Below, piece by piece: positions 1 through 9,314 of a DNA stretch of 45,401 nt. Source of the DNA: Frankiaceae bacterium (GTDB lineage: Bacteria; Actinomycetota; Actinomycetes; JADGOV01); the NCBI GenBank assembly GCA_040002735.1, contig JBDUDX010000074.1:1-45401 (forward strand), given 5' to 3'. The stretch's first letter is position 1; each line of letters opens with the position of its first letter. Under the pieces are notes generated by a model that was not told the origin of the DNA, did not search any database, and saw nothing but the letters and a program-made list of their open reading frames with translations. The translations under genes were made by a program, and so were the position numbers.

Positions 1-83
1 CAGAGCCCAACCGCCACGATCGCGGCCCCCCGAGCAGCGGTCGACGGGCGCGATCGAACCGGATGGGTCGCAAACAACGGCAT
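1..83 (-). CDS. 5' part of a probable secreted protein (runs off the window), downstream of the c-di-AMP riboswitch
   Basis: ATG at 83 gives MPLFATHPVRSRPSTAARGAAIVAVGL..., a basic then hydrophobic signal-peptide-like start; GGAG lies upstream; directly 3' of the riboswitch. Confidence 0.5.
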   Translation of the reverse strand, partial: MPLFATHPVRSRPSTAARGAAIVAVGL

Positions 84-102
84 GAGGGCGTGGCTCCATC
101 TC

Positions 103-262
103 CTCGCCCGCCTACCGGGTTAGCTGACGGGTGCGGGCCGGAGTGGTGGCCCTACCGCGCGGAAGACCTGCTATGAGGTCGCGCCGCGCCGATTAACCCC
201 AAGGGACGCGTGGGTCCCCGGTTCCCCAGGCCGCGAGGCGGCGCGGGAATTCGGCGGTACCC
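103..262 (-). ncRNA. c-di-AMP riboswitch (ydaO-yuaA class)
   Basis: Minus strand reads CCGCCGAATTCC...GGGGAACCGGGGACCCAC...TTGGGGTTAATC...GTAGGG...CCCGCACCCGTCAGCTAACCCGGTAGGCG, matching the conserved ydaO-yuaA blocks in order; ends approximate. Confidence 0.9.
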
Positions 263-357
263 TCTGTTGCGGCGGCTACCGCGAGACACCAGAGAACACC
301 GCAGATGTTACTGCACCCTCCGAGGTTTAGCACGCGGGGTGCCTCTACGGTGCAACC

Positions 358-1023
358 GTGGGACCGTCCCGAGGCGAGCGCGGCAGCTTCTCCGGCGGCT
401 CATCCCCGCCGAGGAAATTCGCCGACGACGACGACCGTCGCCTGCTGGCGCGTCACGTCGGCGGGGAGCCGGACGCCTTTGGAGAACTGTTCCGACGGCA
501 CGGAGATCGCCTCTGGGCGGTGGCGGTACGCACCTTGGGGAACCCCGACGACGCCGCCGACGCCCTCCAGGAAGCCATGATCTCGGCTTTCCGCCGCGCC
601 GGCAGCTACCGCGGCGACGCGGCCGTCACCACGTGGCTCCATCGGATCGTGGTGAACGCCTGCCTGGACCTGATCCGGCGTCGAAGCGTGCGAGAAGTCT
701 CCCCACTGCGCCCGGACAGCGCCGATCCGGCGGGGCTGCCGGACCCGACCGAGGCCCAGCAGACCCGCTTCGACATCACTGCCGCGCTGTCGACGCTTCC
801 GCCCGAGCAGCGGGTGGCCGTTGTCCTGGTGGACATCGAGGGCTACCCGGTGGCGGACGTGGCGGGCATGCTGGGGATTCCTAGCGGCACAGTGAAGAGC
901 CGGTGCGCTCGGGGCCGCGCTCGACTGGCCGGCGAACTAGCCGCGTACCGGAACCAAACGGGCCCGGCGGCCGTCTCATCCACGCCGACCCCCCAGGACC
1001 CCAGAGAGGAGCCCGAACGGTGA
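358..1023 (+). CDS. sigM: ECF RNA polymerase sigma factor SigM
   Basis: Region 2 (DAADALQEAMISAFR, TWLHRIVVNACLD) and region 4 (GTVKSRCARGRARL); syntenic upstream of trxBA; -10-like TACGGT 6 nt before the GTG. Confidence 0.9.
   Translation: MGPSRGERGSFSGGSSPPRKFADDDDRRLLARHVGGEPDAFGELFRRHGDRLWAVAVRTLGNPDDAADALQEAMISAFRRAGSYRGDAAVTTWLHRIVVNACLDLIRRRSVREVSPLRPDSADPAGLPDPTEAQQTRFDITAALSTLPPEQRVAVVLVDIEGYPVADVAGMLGIPSGTVKSRCARGRARLAGELAAYRNQTGPAAVSSTPTPQDPREEPER
950..975 (+). promoter_or_regulatory. SigM/ECF-type promoter inside the sigM 3' end, facing the anti-sigma gene
   Basis: GGAAC(950-954)-N17-CGTC(972-975). Confidence 0.55.
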
Positions 1024-1826
1024 GCGAGGACGCGGGCGAGGCCGGTACGCGGCACCCCGCACCGGAGCGCATCGCGTTGCTCCTCGATAGTCCGGAATCG
1101 GCCGAGGAGGGGGACGGGACCGACCGGTGGGTGGCCGAACATGCCGCCGGTTGCTTGCAGTGCCAACAGACCCTCGCCGATATCCGGGAGGTACGCGCTG
1201 CTCTCGCCGCCGTGCCACCGGTCCCCTTGCCGGCCTCGGTGGCGACCCGGGTAGAGCGAGCGCTGGCCCTCAAGGCAGGCCACGAGGCGGACCCGGAGGC
1301 GGACGACTTCCCCGACCGGGGAACGCCCCGGCGGTCGCGCCGGCCGGGCTCCTGGTGGCTCGCCGCTGCAGCCTCTGCTGCGTTGTTGATCGGCGGCGCT
1401 GTGGTCGTGCGCGGAATTGCCGACGGGCCGAGCAGTTCCCACGACAGCGCGAAGAGCAGCGCCGGGTCGGCGAACACCCGCAGCGAGGCGGGCGGCTCCC
1501 CGGAGGTGGCGAATAGCCAGCCGCCGGCCCCCGCAGGCCTCGGACGCGATGCGGCCAAGGTGCCGGCCCAGGTACGGGCACTGCTGGCGGCGCAGCCGTC
1601 CCCACCGCGCATCCGTACGCCTGACGTGGCGCACTGCCTGGCCGTCCTCGGAGTGCCGCCGGACCGGCTGGCAGTAAGCGCACCGAGCACACTGGGCGGC
1701 GCACCGGTGACGATTCTGGTGCTGACCGCGGGGATCCACCAGGTCGACGTCCGGGTGGTCCGACCCGGCTGCGTCCGAGGCACCGCTGACATCCTTTACC
1801 GGCGGAACAATCTGCCTGTGTCCTGA
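1020..1826 (+). CDS. Zinc-binding (ZAS) membrane-anchored anti-sigma factor, RsmA-like
   Basis: GTG overlaps the sigM stop (GTGA); HxxxCxxC motif (HAAGCLQC), one TM helix (WWLAAAASAALLIGGAVVV), C-terminal Cys pair. Confidence 0.8.
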   Translation: MSEDAGEAGTRHPAPERIALLLDSPESAEEGDGTDRWVAEHAAGCLQCQQTLADIREVRAALAAVPPVPLPASVATRVERALALKAGHEADPEADDFPDRGTPRRSRRPGSWWLAAAASAALLIGGAVVVRGIADGPSSSHDSAKSSAGSANTRSEAGGSPEVANSQPPAPAGLGRDAAKVPAQVRALLAAQPSPPRIRTPDVAHCLAVLGVPPDRLAVSAPSTLGGAPVTILVLTAGIHQVDVRVVRPGCVRGTADILYRRNNLPVS

Positions 1827-1865
1827 TTCGCCACCGCAGGTGGGTCCTGGCGCGGCCGCACCTCG

Positions 1866-1891
1866 GGAATGAGCATTCCGTATCCTCCGTT
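1866..1891 (+). promoter_or_regulatory. SigR/SigH-type thiol-stress promoter of trxBA
   Basis: GGAAT(1866-1870)-N18-GTT(1889-1891), an exact match to the SigR/SigH consensus upstream of trxB. Confidence 0.8.
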
Positions 1892-1947
1892 TCCACACCG
1901 GGACGCCCCCCGCCACGGGCGGGTCCCTTCACGAGAAAGGCGAGGCT

Positions 1948-2898
1948 ATGCAGGCCGACGGCGACACCCCGACCCGAGAGATGATCATTATCGGCTCGGG
2001 GCCGGCCGGGTACACCGCCGCGCTCTACGCGGCTCGCGCCAACCTGCATCCGCTCGTGATCGAAGGCGCCGCCTCGGGTGGCGCGCTGATGACTACCACC
2101 GAGGTGGAGAACTTCCCGGGCTGGCCGGACGGCATCCTCGGCCCCGACCTGATGGACAACATCCGCAAGCAAGCCGAGAAGTTCGGCGCCGAATTCATCA
2201 CCGATGACGCCACGGCCGTGGACTTCAGCGGTCCGGTGCACACCGTCACGGTCGCCGGGACGGCGTACCCCACCCGGGCTGCGATCGTGGCGACCGGCTC
2301 ACGCTGGCGTTCCCTCAACATTCCCGGTGAGCAGCGACTCCTCGGCCACGGCGTGTCCTCCTGCGCCACCTGCGACGGCTTCTTCTTCCGCGGCGCGGAC
2401 ATTGCTGTGGTGGGTGGCGGTGATTCCGCGATGGAGGAGGCAACCTTCCTCACCCGCTTCGCCAACTCGGTCACCATCGTGCACCGCCGGGGCACCTTCC
2501 GGGCCAGCAAGATCATGGTTGAGCGTGCGCTGGCCAACGACAAGATCCGGGTCCGCTGGGACACCGCGGTCGAAGAGGTGCTCGGCGAGGAAGCGGTATC
2601 GGGACTGCGACTACGGAACCTGCGCACCGCTGAGGAATCTGAACTGGACGTGACCGGGCTGTTCATCGCCATCGGTCACGACCCGAGTTCGGAGTTGTTT
2701 ACCGGTCAGCTGGACACCGACGACGCCGGCTACCTGCTGGTCGACGCGCCGTCCACCCGAACCAACATTCCCGGTGTGTTCGCATGCGGAGATGTCGTGG
2801 ACCATACGTATCGTCAAGCCATCACCGCGGCGGGGACCGGATGCGCGGCGGCGCTCGACGCCGAGCGCTGGCTCACAGCCCACGGGGAATCTCAATAG
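1948..2898 (+). CDS. trxB: Thioredoxin-disulfide reductase
   Basis: [15 protein letters not shown] motif, CATCDG active site, [17 protein letters not shown] motif. Confidence 0.98.
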   Translation: MQADGDTPTREMIIIGSGPAGYTAALYAARANLHPLVIEGAASGGALMTTTEVENFPGWPDGILGPDLMDNIRKQAEKFGAEFITDDATAVDFSGPVHTVTVAGTAYPTRAAIVATGSRWRSLNIPGEQRLLGHGVSSCATCDGFFFRGADIAVVGGGDSAMEEATFLTRFANSVTIVHRRGTFRASKIMVERALANDKIRVRWDTAVEEVLGEEAVSGLRLRNLRTAEESELDVTGLFIAIGHDPSSELFTGQLDTDDAGYLLVDAPSTRTNIPGVFACGDVVDHTYRQAITAAGTGCAAALDAERWLTAHGESQ

Positions 2899-2991
2899 CT
2901 GAGACTTCGTTGACCGAAGCAGCGCTGATCGCGCACGCGCGTCAGTCGTAACAGAACGTGCCGTACCGGAGTACTGGAAGGGACGAACACC

Positions 2992-3315
2992 GTGGGTGCC
3001 GCCAAGACCGTGACCGACGCAACTTTTGCCACCGATGTGCTGGGAAGTGACAAGCCGGTGCTCGTCGACTTCTGGGCCGAGTGGTGCGGACCGTGCAAGA
3101 TGGTCGCGCCGGTGCTCGAGGAGATCGCCTCCGAGCACGCCGAGAAGATCACTGTTGCCAAGGTGAACATCGACGAGAACCCGCAGATCGCCCGGCAGTA
3201 CCAGATCATGTCCATTCCCACGATGTCCGTCTTTTCCGACGGGAAAGTGGTCAAGAGCATCGTCGGTGCCAAGCCGAAGGCCGCCCTGCTGCGGGACCTC
3301 GCCGGCTATCTGTAA
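2992..3315 (+). CDS. trxA: Thioredoxin
   Basis: DFWAEWCGPCK active site. Confidence 0.98.
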   Translation: MGAAKTVTDATFATDVLGSDKPVLVDFWAEWCGPCKMVAPVLEEIASEHAEKITVAKVNIDENPQIARQYQIMSIPTMSVFSDGKVVKSIVGAKPKAALLRDLAGYL

Positions 3316-3446
3316 CCGCTCTGCTACGGCGTGCCGGTCGCCTAGGCTGCCCGTAACGCCCTAGGCTGGCAGCAGCCTCGTGGTGGGACCCCCGCGTCCC
3401 AGCCGCATCCTGGCGCCCAAGCGAGCATTTCGGACGGGACGGTGGT

Positions 3447-4592
3447 ATGCAGCTCTACCGTCGAGGTCACAACGGTCCAGCAGTAGCTGAGATCCGCTCG
3501 CGGCTCGCTCTCCTCGGGCATCTCGAATCGGCGGAGCGAGGTGCCCCGCAGGCCGACTACGACGGTCAGTGCGAGCAGGCCGTGCGGGCCTTCCAACAGG
3601 AACGCGGCTTGTCCGCTGACGGCATCGTCGGTCCGGAGACCTACCGGTCCCTGGACGAAGCGCGCTGGCGACTCGGTGACCGGGTGCTGTTCCACGCGGT
3701 AAACCATCCGTTCGCTGGTGACGACGTCGCGGATCTGCAGCAGCGGCTCATCGATATGGGATTCGATCCGGGGCGCTGCGACGGAGTCCTCGGAGCCAAT
3801 ACCAACCGGGCGGTGAAGGAGTTCCAGCGCAACGTCGGCATCGCGGCCGACGGGCTCTGCGGACCGGCCACGTTGCGCGCTTTGACCCGCCTGCAGCGCA
3901 CGGTACGGGGGGGCCACCCGCAGTGGATGCGGGAATCGGAGCAGCTGCACCGAGCCGGGCCCTCGCTCGCCGGCAAACTTGTCGTACTCGACCCGGGGCA
4001 TGGGGGTGCGGACCGGGGAGCCACCGGCCACGGTTTGTTGGAGGCCACGCTGGTCGAGGACGTGGCCCGCCGGCTGGAGGGGCGCCTCGCCGCGACCGGT
4101 GTCGCGGTGTACCTGACCCGGGGTTCGGACAACTGCCCGTCCCATGAGCAGCGGGCCAGCTTCGCCAACGAGGTGCATGCCGACCTGCTGATCTCCCTCC
4201 ATGTCGATCGGTGTTCCTCACCTCACGCCCGCGGAGTAGCCACCTACTACTACGGCTGGATGGAGCAGGGCCGCGGCGGGAGCGGCTCCGCCGTGGGTGA
4301 GCGACTCGCCACGCTGATGCAGAGCGAACTCGTGGCCCGGACCGGTCTCACCGACTGCCGTACGCATCCCAAGACGTGGGAGCTGCTCCGGCGCACCCGG
4401 ATGCCAGCGGTACGGGTGGAGCTCGGGTACGTCACCTCCCCCCTGGACACGGTGCGCCTGGCGGATCCGTCCTTTCGGGACACCGCTGCGGAGGCGATCC
4501 TGGTCGCGATTCAGCGGCTTTACCTGCCACCGGAACACGATGCGCCCACCGGTGAGCTGCGGCTACCGGCCTTCGCCGAACACGCCCGTTAG
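3447..4592 (+). CDS. cwlM: N-acetylmuramoyl-L-alanine amidase with two PG-binding domains (CwlM homolog)
   Basis: Two PG_binding_1 repeats (AVRAFQQERGL.ADGIVG, AVKEFQRNVGI.ADGLCG) plus Amidase_3 motifs (LDPGHGG, ISLH, RVELGY); syntenic after trxA. Confidence 0.9.
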   Translation: MQLYRRGHNGPAVAEIRSRLALLGHLESAERGAPQADYDGQCEQAVRAFQQERGLSADGIVGPETYRSLDEARWRLGDRVLFHAVNHPFAGDDVADLQQRLIDMGFDPGRCDGVLGANTNRAVKEFQRNVGIAADGLCGPATLRALTRLQRTVRGGHPQWMRESEQLHRAGPSLAGKLVVLDPGHGGADRGATGHGLLEATLVEDVARRLEGRLAATGVAVYLTRGSDNCPSHEQRASFANEVHADLLISLHVDRCSSPHARGVATYYYGWMEQGRGGSGSAVGERLATLMQSELVARTGLTDCRTHPKTWELLRRTRMPAVRVELGYVTSPLDTVRLADPSFRDTAAEAILVAIQRLYLPPEHDAPTGELRLPAFAEHAR

Positions 4593-5206
4593 ACCGGGCG
4601 CAGCGCGCCCTCCGGCGACATCGACCCCAGCAGTCGTTCCAGCGCGACCTCGACGTCTTCCCGCCACGACAGGGCCGATTTCATCTCCAAGCGGAGCCGC
4701 GGATACCGCGGGTGCGGGCGGATGGTCTTGAACCCCACCGCCAGCAGGTGTTCGGCGGGCAGCAGGCAGGCCGGGCCGGTCCACTGCAGATCGCCGAATG
4801 CTTCCACCGCGCGAACACCCCGCCGGGTCAACTCCTTGACGATGCCCTGCACCAGCATGCGACCTAACCCGCCGCCGGCGAACTCGGGAATCACGTGCGC
4901 CGTGAGCAACAGCACCGCGTCCGCGCTCACCGGGCTGGTGGGGAAGGCGACGGATCGAGGGACGTAGGACGGTGGCGCAAACAGCGCGAAGCCGGCGGGC
5001 ATGCCGTCGACGTAGAGAATCTTCCCGCAACTGCCCCACTCCAGCAGGGTGGCGGAGACCCACGCCTCCTTTTCCAGGTCGGCATCGGCGGCTTCGATGG
5101 CGCGGGCTCCGGCCAGCGGGTCCAGCTCCCAGAACACACATTGCCGGCATCGCCGCGGCAAATCGTCCAGATTGTCCAACGTGATGTTGGCCAGTCGACG
5201 CGACAC
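4589..5206 (-). CDS. GNAT-family acetyltransferase (Rv3916c-like)
   Basis: CRQCVFWEL N-terminus, acetyl-CoA motif FAGGGLGRML; conserved position between cwlM and parB. Confidence 0.85.
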   Translation of the reverse strand: MSRRLANITLDNLDDLPRRCRQCVFWELDPLAGARAIEAADADLEKEAWVSATLLEWGSCGKILYVDGMPAGFALFAPPSYVPRSVAFPTSPVSADAVLLLTAHVIPEFAGGGLGRMLVQGIVKELTRRGVRAVEAFGDLQWTGPACLLPAEHLLAVGFKTIRPHPRYPRLRLEMKSALSWREDVEVALERLLGSMSPEGALRPV

Positions 5207-5322
5207 GGACTACCTCACCTGGACGGATGGAGCAATCATCGTAACGTTTTCATGCGGCTGCCGACCGCTTGTGCTGCCGACCGAAGCGGCTGCCACAGGA
5301 CTGTCCACCTAGGCTGAACCGC

Positions 5323-6534
5323 ATGCAGCTTCGCCAATCCGACAAGCTCAATCACGTCGCGTACGACGTTCGTGGACCAGTACTCGACCACGCCATGCGG
5401 TTGGAGGCCGAAGGCCACCGGATACTTCGCCTCAATATCGGCAATCCGGCTCCGTTCGGATTCGAAGCGCCCGACGACATCCTCGGCGACATGATTCGCA
5501 ACCTGCCGACGGCGCAGGGCTACAGCGACTCTAAGGGGATCCTCTCTGCCCGCCGTGCAGTCGTGCAGTACCACAAGCAGAAGGGGATCGACGGTCTCGG
5601 CGTCGAAGACGTGTGGCTCGGAAACGGCGTCTCCGAGCTGATCAACATGGCATTACAGGCTTTGCTCAACGTGGGAGACGAAGTACTCATCCCCTCTCCC
5701 GATTACCCGCTCTGGACGGCGGTGGCGACGCTGTGCGGTGGCCGGGCCATACATTACGCCTGCGACGAGGGGACCGGCTGGCTTCCCGATCTGGACGATC
5801 TGGCAGCCCGGATCACCAGCCGCACTAAGGCCATTGTGGTGATCAATCCGAACAATCCGACCGGAGCGGTATATCCGCGGAATGTCCTTGAGGGCATTGT
5901 TGAGATCGCCCGCCAGCACAGTTTGCTGCTGTTCTCCGACGAGATCTACGACAAGATCCTTTATGACGACGCGGAGCACGTCTCGACCGCGTCATTGGCA
6001 CCGGACGTCCTGTGTGTCACGTTCAACGGTTTGTCCAAGGCCTACCGCGTCGCGGGATTCCGGGCCGGATGGGCGGTGATCTCCGGGCCCACCCAACATG
6101 CCCAAAGCTACATCGAAGGTCTCAACATCCTCGCCAATATGCGGCTGTGCGCCAACGTGCCGGCACAGCACGGCATCCAGGCCGCCCTCGGCGGTACCTC
6201 AGACATCCAACAACTGGTCCTGCCCACCGGACGGTTGCATGAGCAGCGGGCCCGGGCGTGGGATGCATTGAACGCGATTCCGGGAGTGACGTGCGTGAAG
6301 CCGGGAGGAGCGCTGTATCTGTTTCCCAAGCTCGATCCGGATCGCTACCCGATCGTGGACGACGAGCGTTTTGTGCTCGATCTTCTCCTCGCCGAACACC
6401 TGCTGGTGGTTCAGGGCAGTGGCTTCAATTACCCCCGTCCCGACCACTTTCGGATCGTGACCCTGCCGCACGCGGATGACTTGGAAGAGGCGATCAGCCG
6501 GATTGGCCGTTTTCTCGCGAGATATGAGCCGTAG
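5323..6534 (+). CDS. alaA: PLP-dependent class I aminotransferase (AlaA/AlaT-like)
   Basis: LNIGNPAPFGF, INPNNPTG, DEIYDKI, FNGLSKAYRVAGFRAGW (PLP lysine); start at ATG 5323, 7 nt after -10-like TAGGCT. Confidence 0.88.
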   Translation: MQLRQSDKLNHVAYDVRGPVLDHAMRLEAEGHRILRLNIGNPAPFGFEAPDDILGDMIRNLPTAQGYSDSKGILSARRAVVQYHKQKGIDGLGVEDVWLGNGVSELINMALQALLNVGDEVLIPSPDYPLWTAVATLCGGRAIHYACDEGTGWLPDLDDLAARITSRTKAIVVINPNNPTGAVYPRNVLEGIVEIARQHSLLLFSDEIYDKILYDDAEHVSTASLAPDVLCVTFNGLSKAYRVAGFRAGWAVISGPTQHAQSYIEGLNILANMRLCANVPAQHGIQAALGGTSDIQQLVLPTGRLHEQRARAWDALNAIPGVTCVKPGGALYLFPKLDPDRYPIVDDERFVLDLLLAEHLLVVQGSGFNYPRPDHFRIVTLPHADDLEEAISRIGRFLARYEP

Positions 6535-7540
6535 CAGCGGTATCGCCCGGCTCTCCTCCGCGGAGCGTGGCCCGTAGCTCCGGTGCCACGTCGGGTGCCA
6601 TGACGGCGAGGATCCGATCCAGGTCCGCCACCGATCCGAACTCCACCACCAGCCGCCCCCGGGTGCGACCGGCGGTCACCCGCACCCGGGTCTCCCAGCG
6701 ATCGGTGAGTGCTTCGGCCAGCTCCGTCAATTCACGCGGGGCTGCCCGACCCCGCCGCTCCCGCCGGCTTGGTGTGTCGTCCGAGCCGACCGCGACGATT
6801 TCCTCCAACGCCCGCACCGAGAGCCCCTCGGCGCTCACTCGGGCGGCGAGCCGCTCCTGAGCGTCGCCGTCCGGGACTCCCAGAATGGCCCGGGCGTGAC
6901 CCGCGGAGAGCACACCGGCCGCCAGTCGACGCTGCACCGCGGGCGGCAAGTGCAACAGCCGAATCGTGTTCGAGACGTGCGCCCGCGAGCGGCCTAATCG
7001 GCCAGCGAGCTGCTCGTGGGTAGCACCGAAGTCGGCGAGCAACTGCGCGTACGCCGCCGCCTCGTCCAGGGGGTTCAGGTCGGCGCGATGCAGGTTCTCG
7101 AGCAGGGCGTCCCGAAGCAGCGCGTCCGGTGGGGTATCCCGGACCAGTACGGGAACCGTCGTGAGGCCGGCGGCATCGGCGGCGCGCCAGCGGCGCTCGC
7201 CCATGACGATCTCGTACTGGTCCACGTCGACTTGACGCACCACGATCGGTTGCAGCAGCCCGACCTGCGTGATGGACGCAGCCAGCTCAGCCAACGCGTC
7301 TTCGTCGAAGACGGTACGCGGCTGTCGAGGATTTGCCCGCAACGCCGACAGCGGCACTTCCCGGTACTGAACGCCCTCCACGGCGGCAAGGGCTCCGCCA
7401 TCCTCGCGGAGCTCCGGCGCGGCGGTCGGTCGTGCGCTCGATACCTCCGACGGCGGATCCGGGTCTTCGCCCAGGGAGATCGGCCGGGGAGCGAGTAACG
7501 CGCCGAGACCGCGCCCCAGCCGGGACGGGTGGTCAGCCAT
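6494..7540 (-). CDS. parB: Chromosome partitioning protein ParB
   Basis: NPRQPR, GLLQPIVV, MGERRWRA, ENLHRADLNP, HTH GRSRAHVSN. Confidence 0.97.
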   Translation of the reverse strand: MADHPSRLGRGLGALLAPRPISLGEDPDPPSEVSSARPTAAPELREDGGALAAVEGVQYREVPLSALRANPRQPRTVFDEDALAELAASITQVGLLQPIVVRQVDVDQYEIVMGERRWRAADAAGLTTVPVLVRDTPPDALLRDALLENLHRADLNPLDEAAAYAQLLADFGATHEQLAGRLGRSRAHVSNTIRLLHLPPAVQRRLAAGVLSAGHARAILGVPDGDAQERLAARVSAEGLSVRALEEIVAVGSDDTPSRRERRGRAAPRELTELAEALTDRWETRVRVTAGRTRGRLVVEFGSVADLDRILAVMAPDVAPELRATLRGGEPGDTAATAHISRENGQSG

Positions 7541-8585
7541 GCGCGGCCTCCAAGGCAGTACGGGCGGTCAGTTCGGCACCGGCTTCGGTGTACGCCTGCG
7601 CCCCGCGCGAGCCGGGGTCATAGGTGAGGATGGATTGCCCGAAACCTGGAGCCTCGGAGATTCGGACGCTGCGCGGAATGATGGTGGGCAATACCCGGTC
7701 GCCGAAGTGGCTGCGTACATCGTCGGCGACCGCATCCGCCAATCTCGTCCTCGCGTCGTGCATGGTGAGCAACAGGGTCGAAATCTCCAGGCTGGGATTG
7801 AGATCCGCACGCACCAGCTCGATGGTCTGCACCAGTTGGCTCAGGCCCTCCAGCGCGTAGTACTCGCACTGGACCGGAATCAGCACTTCCCGAGCCGCGA
7901 CCAGCGCGTTCACGGTAAGCAGCCCGAGGGACGGTGGGCAGTCGATGAATACGTAATCCACGTCCGTCGTGGTGAGGAAGGCGGTCAGCGCTTTGCGAAG
8001 CCGGATTTCGCGAGCCACCACAGAGACCAGTTCGATCTCCGCGCCCGCTAGGTCGATGGTGGCCGGAGCGCAGAGCAAGCCGGGCAGATCCGGCGCCGGT
8101 ACGACGACCTCGGTCAACGGAACATTCTTGACGATCACGTCGTACATCGAGCGAATACCGGCCTGATGGGCCACCGCCAGTGCGGTGGAGGCATTGCCCT
8201 GAGGATCGAGGTCGATCACCAAGACGCGCAGTCCGTGCAGCGCCAGTGCGGCGGCGAGGTTGACCGCAGTGGTGGTCTTCCCCACGCCCCCCTTCTGGTT
8301 TGCGATGGTCATCAACCGCGGGCTGGGCGGGGTGGGCCACGTACTGGCGCGCGCAGTGGAGCGCGCAGTGGGAGGCGGCGCAGGCTCGGTTTCACGTGAA
8401 ACGGTCTCCACGGGTGCCGTCAATGCCGGCTGGACCGGCGCTGTTTCACGTGAAACAGCGGCATCACCCGGTACGCCGGGTGTCGGCCACCCCAATCCGG
8501 CAGAACCGTCTGAGGTGGGAAGGGGGAAACCAGAAGTCGGAGCCCGCCAGCTCCCGGGCCACCCCAGGCCGGCAGCGTCCCACAC
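7533..8585 (-). CDS. parA: Chromosome partitioning ATPase ParA
   Basis: Deviant Walker A NQKGGVGKTTT, DLDPQGNAS, IDCPPSLG; start placed at GTG 8585 (GGGGAG 5 nt upstream), start uncertain. Confidence 0.95.
   Translation of the reverse strand: MWDAAGLGWPGSWRAPTSGFPLPTSDGSAGLGWPTPGVPGDAAVSRETAPVQPALTAPVETVSRETEPAPPPTARSTARASTWPTPPSPRLMTIANQKGGVGKTTTAVNLAAALALHGLRVLVIDLDPQGNASTALAVAHQAGIRSMYDVIVKNVPLTEVVVPAPDLPGLLCAPATIDLAGAEIELVSVVAREIRLRKALTAFLTTTDVDYVFIDCPPSLGLLTVNALVAAREVLIPVQCEYYALEGLSQLVQTIELVRADLNPSLEISTLLLTMHDARTRLADAVADDVRSHFGDRVLPTIIPRSVRISEAPGFGQSILTYDPGSRGAQAYTEAGAELTARTALEAAHG
8389..8402. promoter_or_regulatory. parS site 1
   Basis: Perfect palindrome GTTTCACGTGAAAC. Confidence 0.93.
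8439..8460. promoter_or_regulatory. parS site 2
   Basis: Perfect 22-bp palindrome CGCTGTTTCACGTGAAACAGCG containing the 16-bp consensus. Confidence 0.95.
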
Positions 8586-8640
8586 AATGTCTCCCCGCTT
8601 CGGCTGACAACCGGAAAATCGCCGCGGAACCGCAGCGCGC

Positions 8641-9294
8641 CTATCGCGCTTTGCGCCGGAATCGCACCACTGTAACGAGCGGGGTGCACTGCGCGGTGGA
8701 TCGACGCACCACATCCGGGGGCATTCTCAGATCGCCGGGGAGGGCTCTGCACCGGGCCAGCTCCTCCTCGGCGCGACGGCCCTTGATCGCCAGGAACTGG
8801 CCGCCGGGCCGTACCAGGGGCCACACCACGGGCAGCAGCCGCTGCAGCGGTGCGACCGCTCGCGCGGTCACCACATCCGCGCATTCCGGCGGCAGTTGTT
8901 CGGCTCGTACGGCACGCACCGCCACATCCGGCAACTGCAGCTGCTCACAGCAGAGCTGGAGGAAACGGATCCGACGCTGCAGCGGCTCCACCAGGGTGAT
9001 GTGCAGGTCTGGGCGTACGAGTCGCAGCGGGATACCGGGCAACCCGGCGCCGGATCCGATGTCCAGGACCTCGACGGCTGTGGGGACCAGCGGTGCCAGC
9101 GCCGCGGAATTGATGAGATGACGGCTCCAGAGCCGATCCACTTCGCGCGGACCGAGGAGCCCCCAGGCGACTCCCTGCTCCGCCAGCAGAGCCGCGTAGG
9201 CGCCGGCCGCCGGCAGCGCTGCACCGAAGACCTCCCGGGCTGCTTCGTGCTCGTCGTCGTCGGCGAACTCCAGCGGCTCGACCACGCCCGCCAC
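8641..9294 (-). CDS. rsmG: 16S rRNA m7G527 methyltransferase
   Basis: GLLGPRE..RLWSRH, LDIGSGAGLPGIPL, VTARAVAPL. Confidence 0.95.
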   Translation of the reverse strand: MAGVVEPLEFADDDEHEAAREVFGAALPAAGAYAALLAEQGVAWGLLGPREVDRLWSRHLINSAALAPLVPTAVEVLDIGSGAGLPGIPLRLVRPDLHITLVEPLQRRIRFLQLCCEQLQLPDVAVRAVRAEQLPPECADVVTARAVAPLQRLLPVVWPLVRPGGQFLAIKGRRAEEELARCRALPGDLRMPPDVVRRSTAQCTPLVTVVRFRRKAR

Positions 9295-9314
9295 GGGTCG
9301 GAGGTTCGCGGTGT

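Noticed and set aside
5301-5309. CTGTCCACC as a DnaA box at the alaA promoter
   Set aside because: Single site with two mismatches, expected by chance at this GC content
6509-6526. Palindrome TCTCGCGAGA at the parB 3' end (ISRE peptide) as a third parS
   Set aside because: At least 3 mismatches in the parS core; explained by overlapping coding sequence
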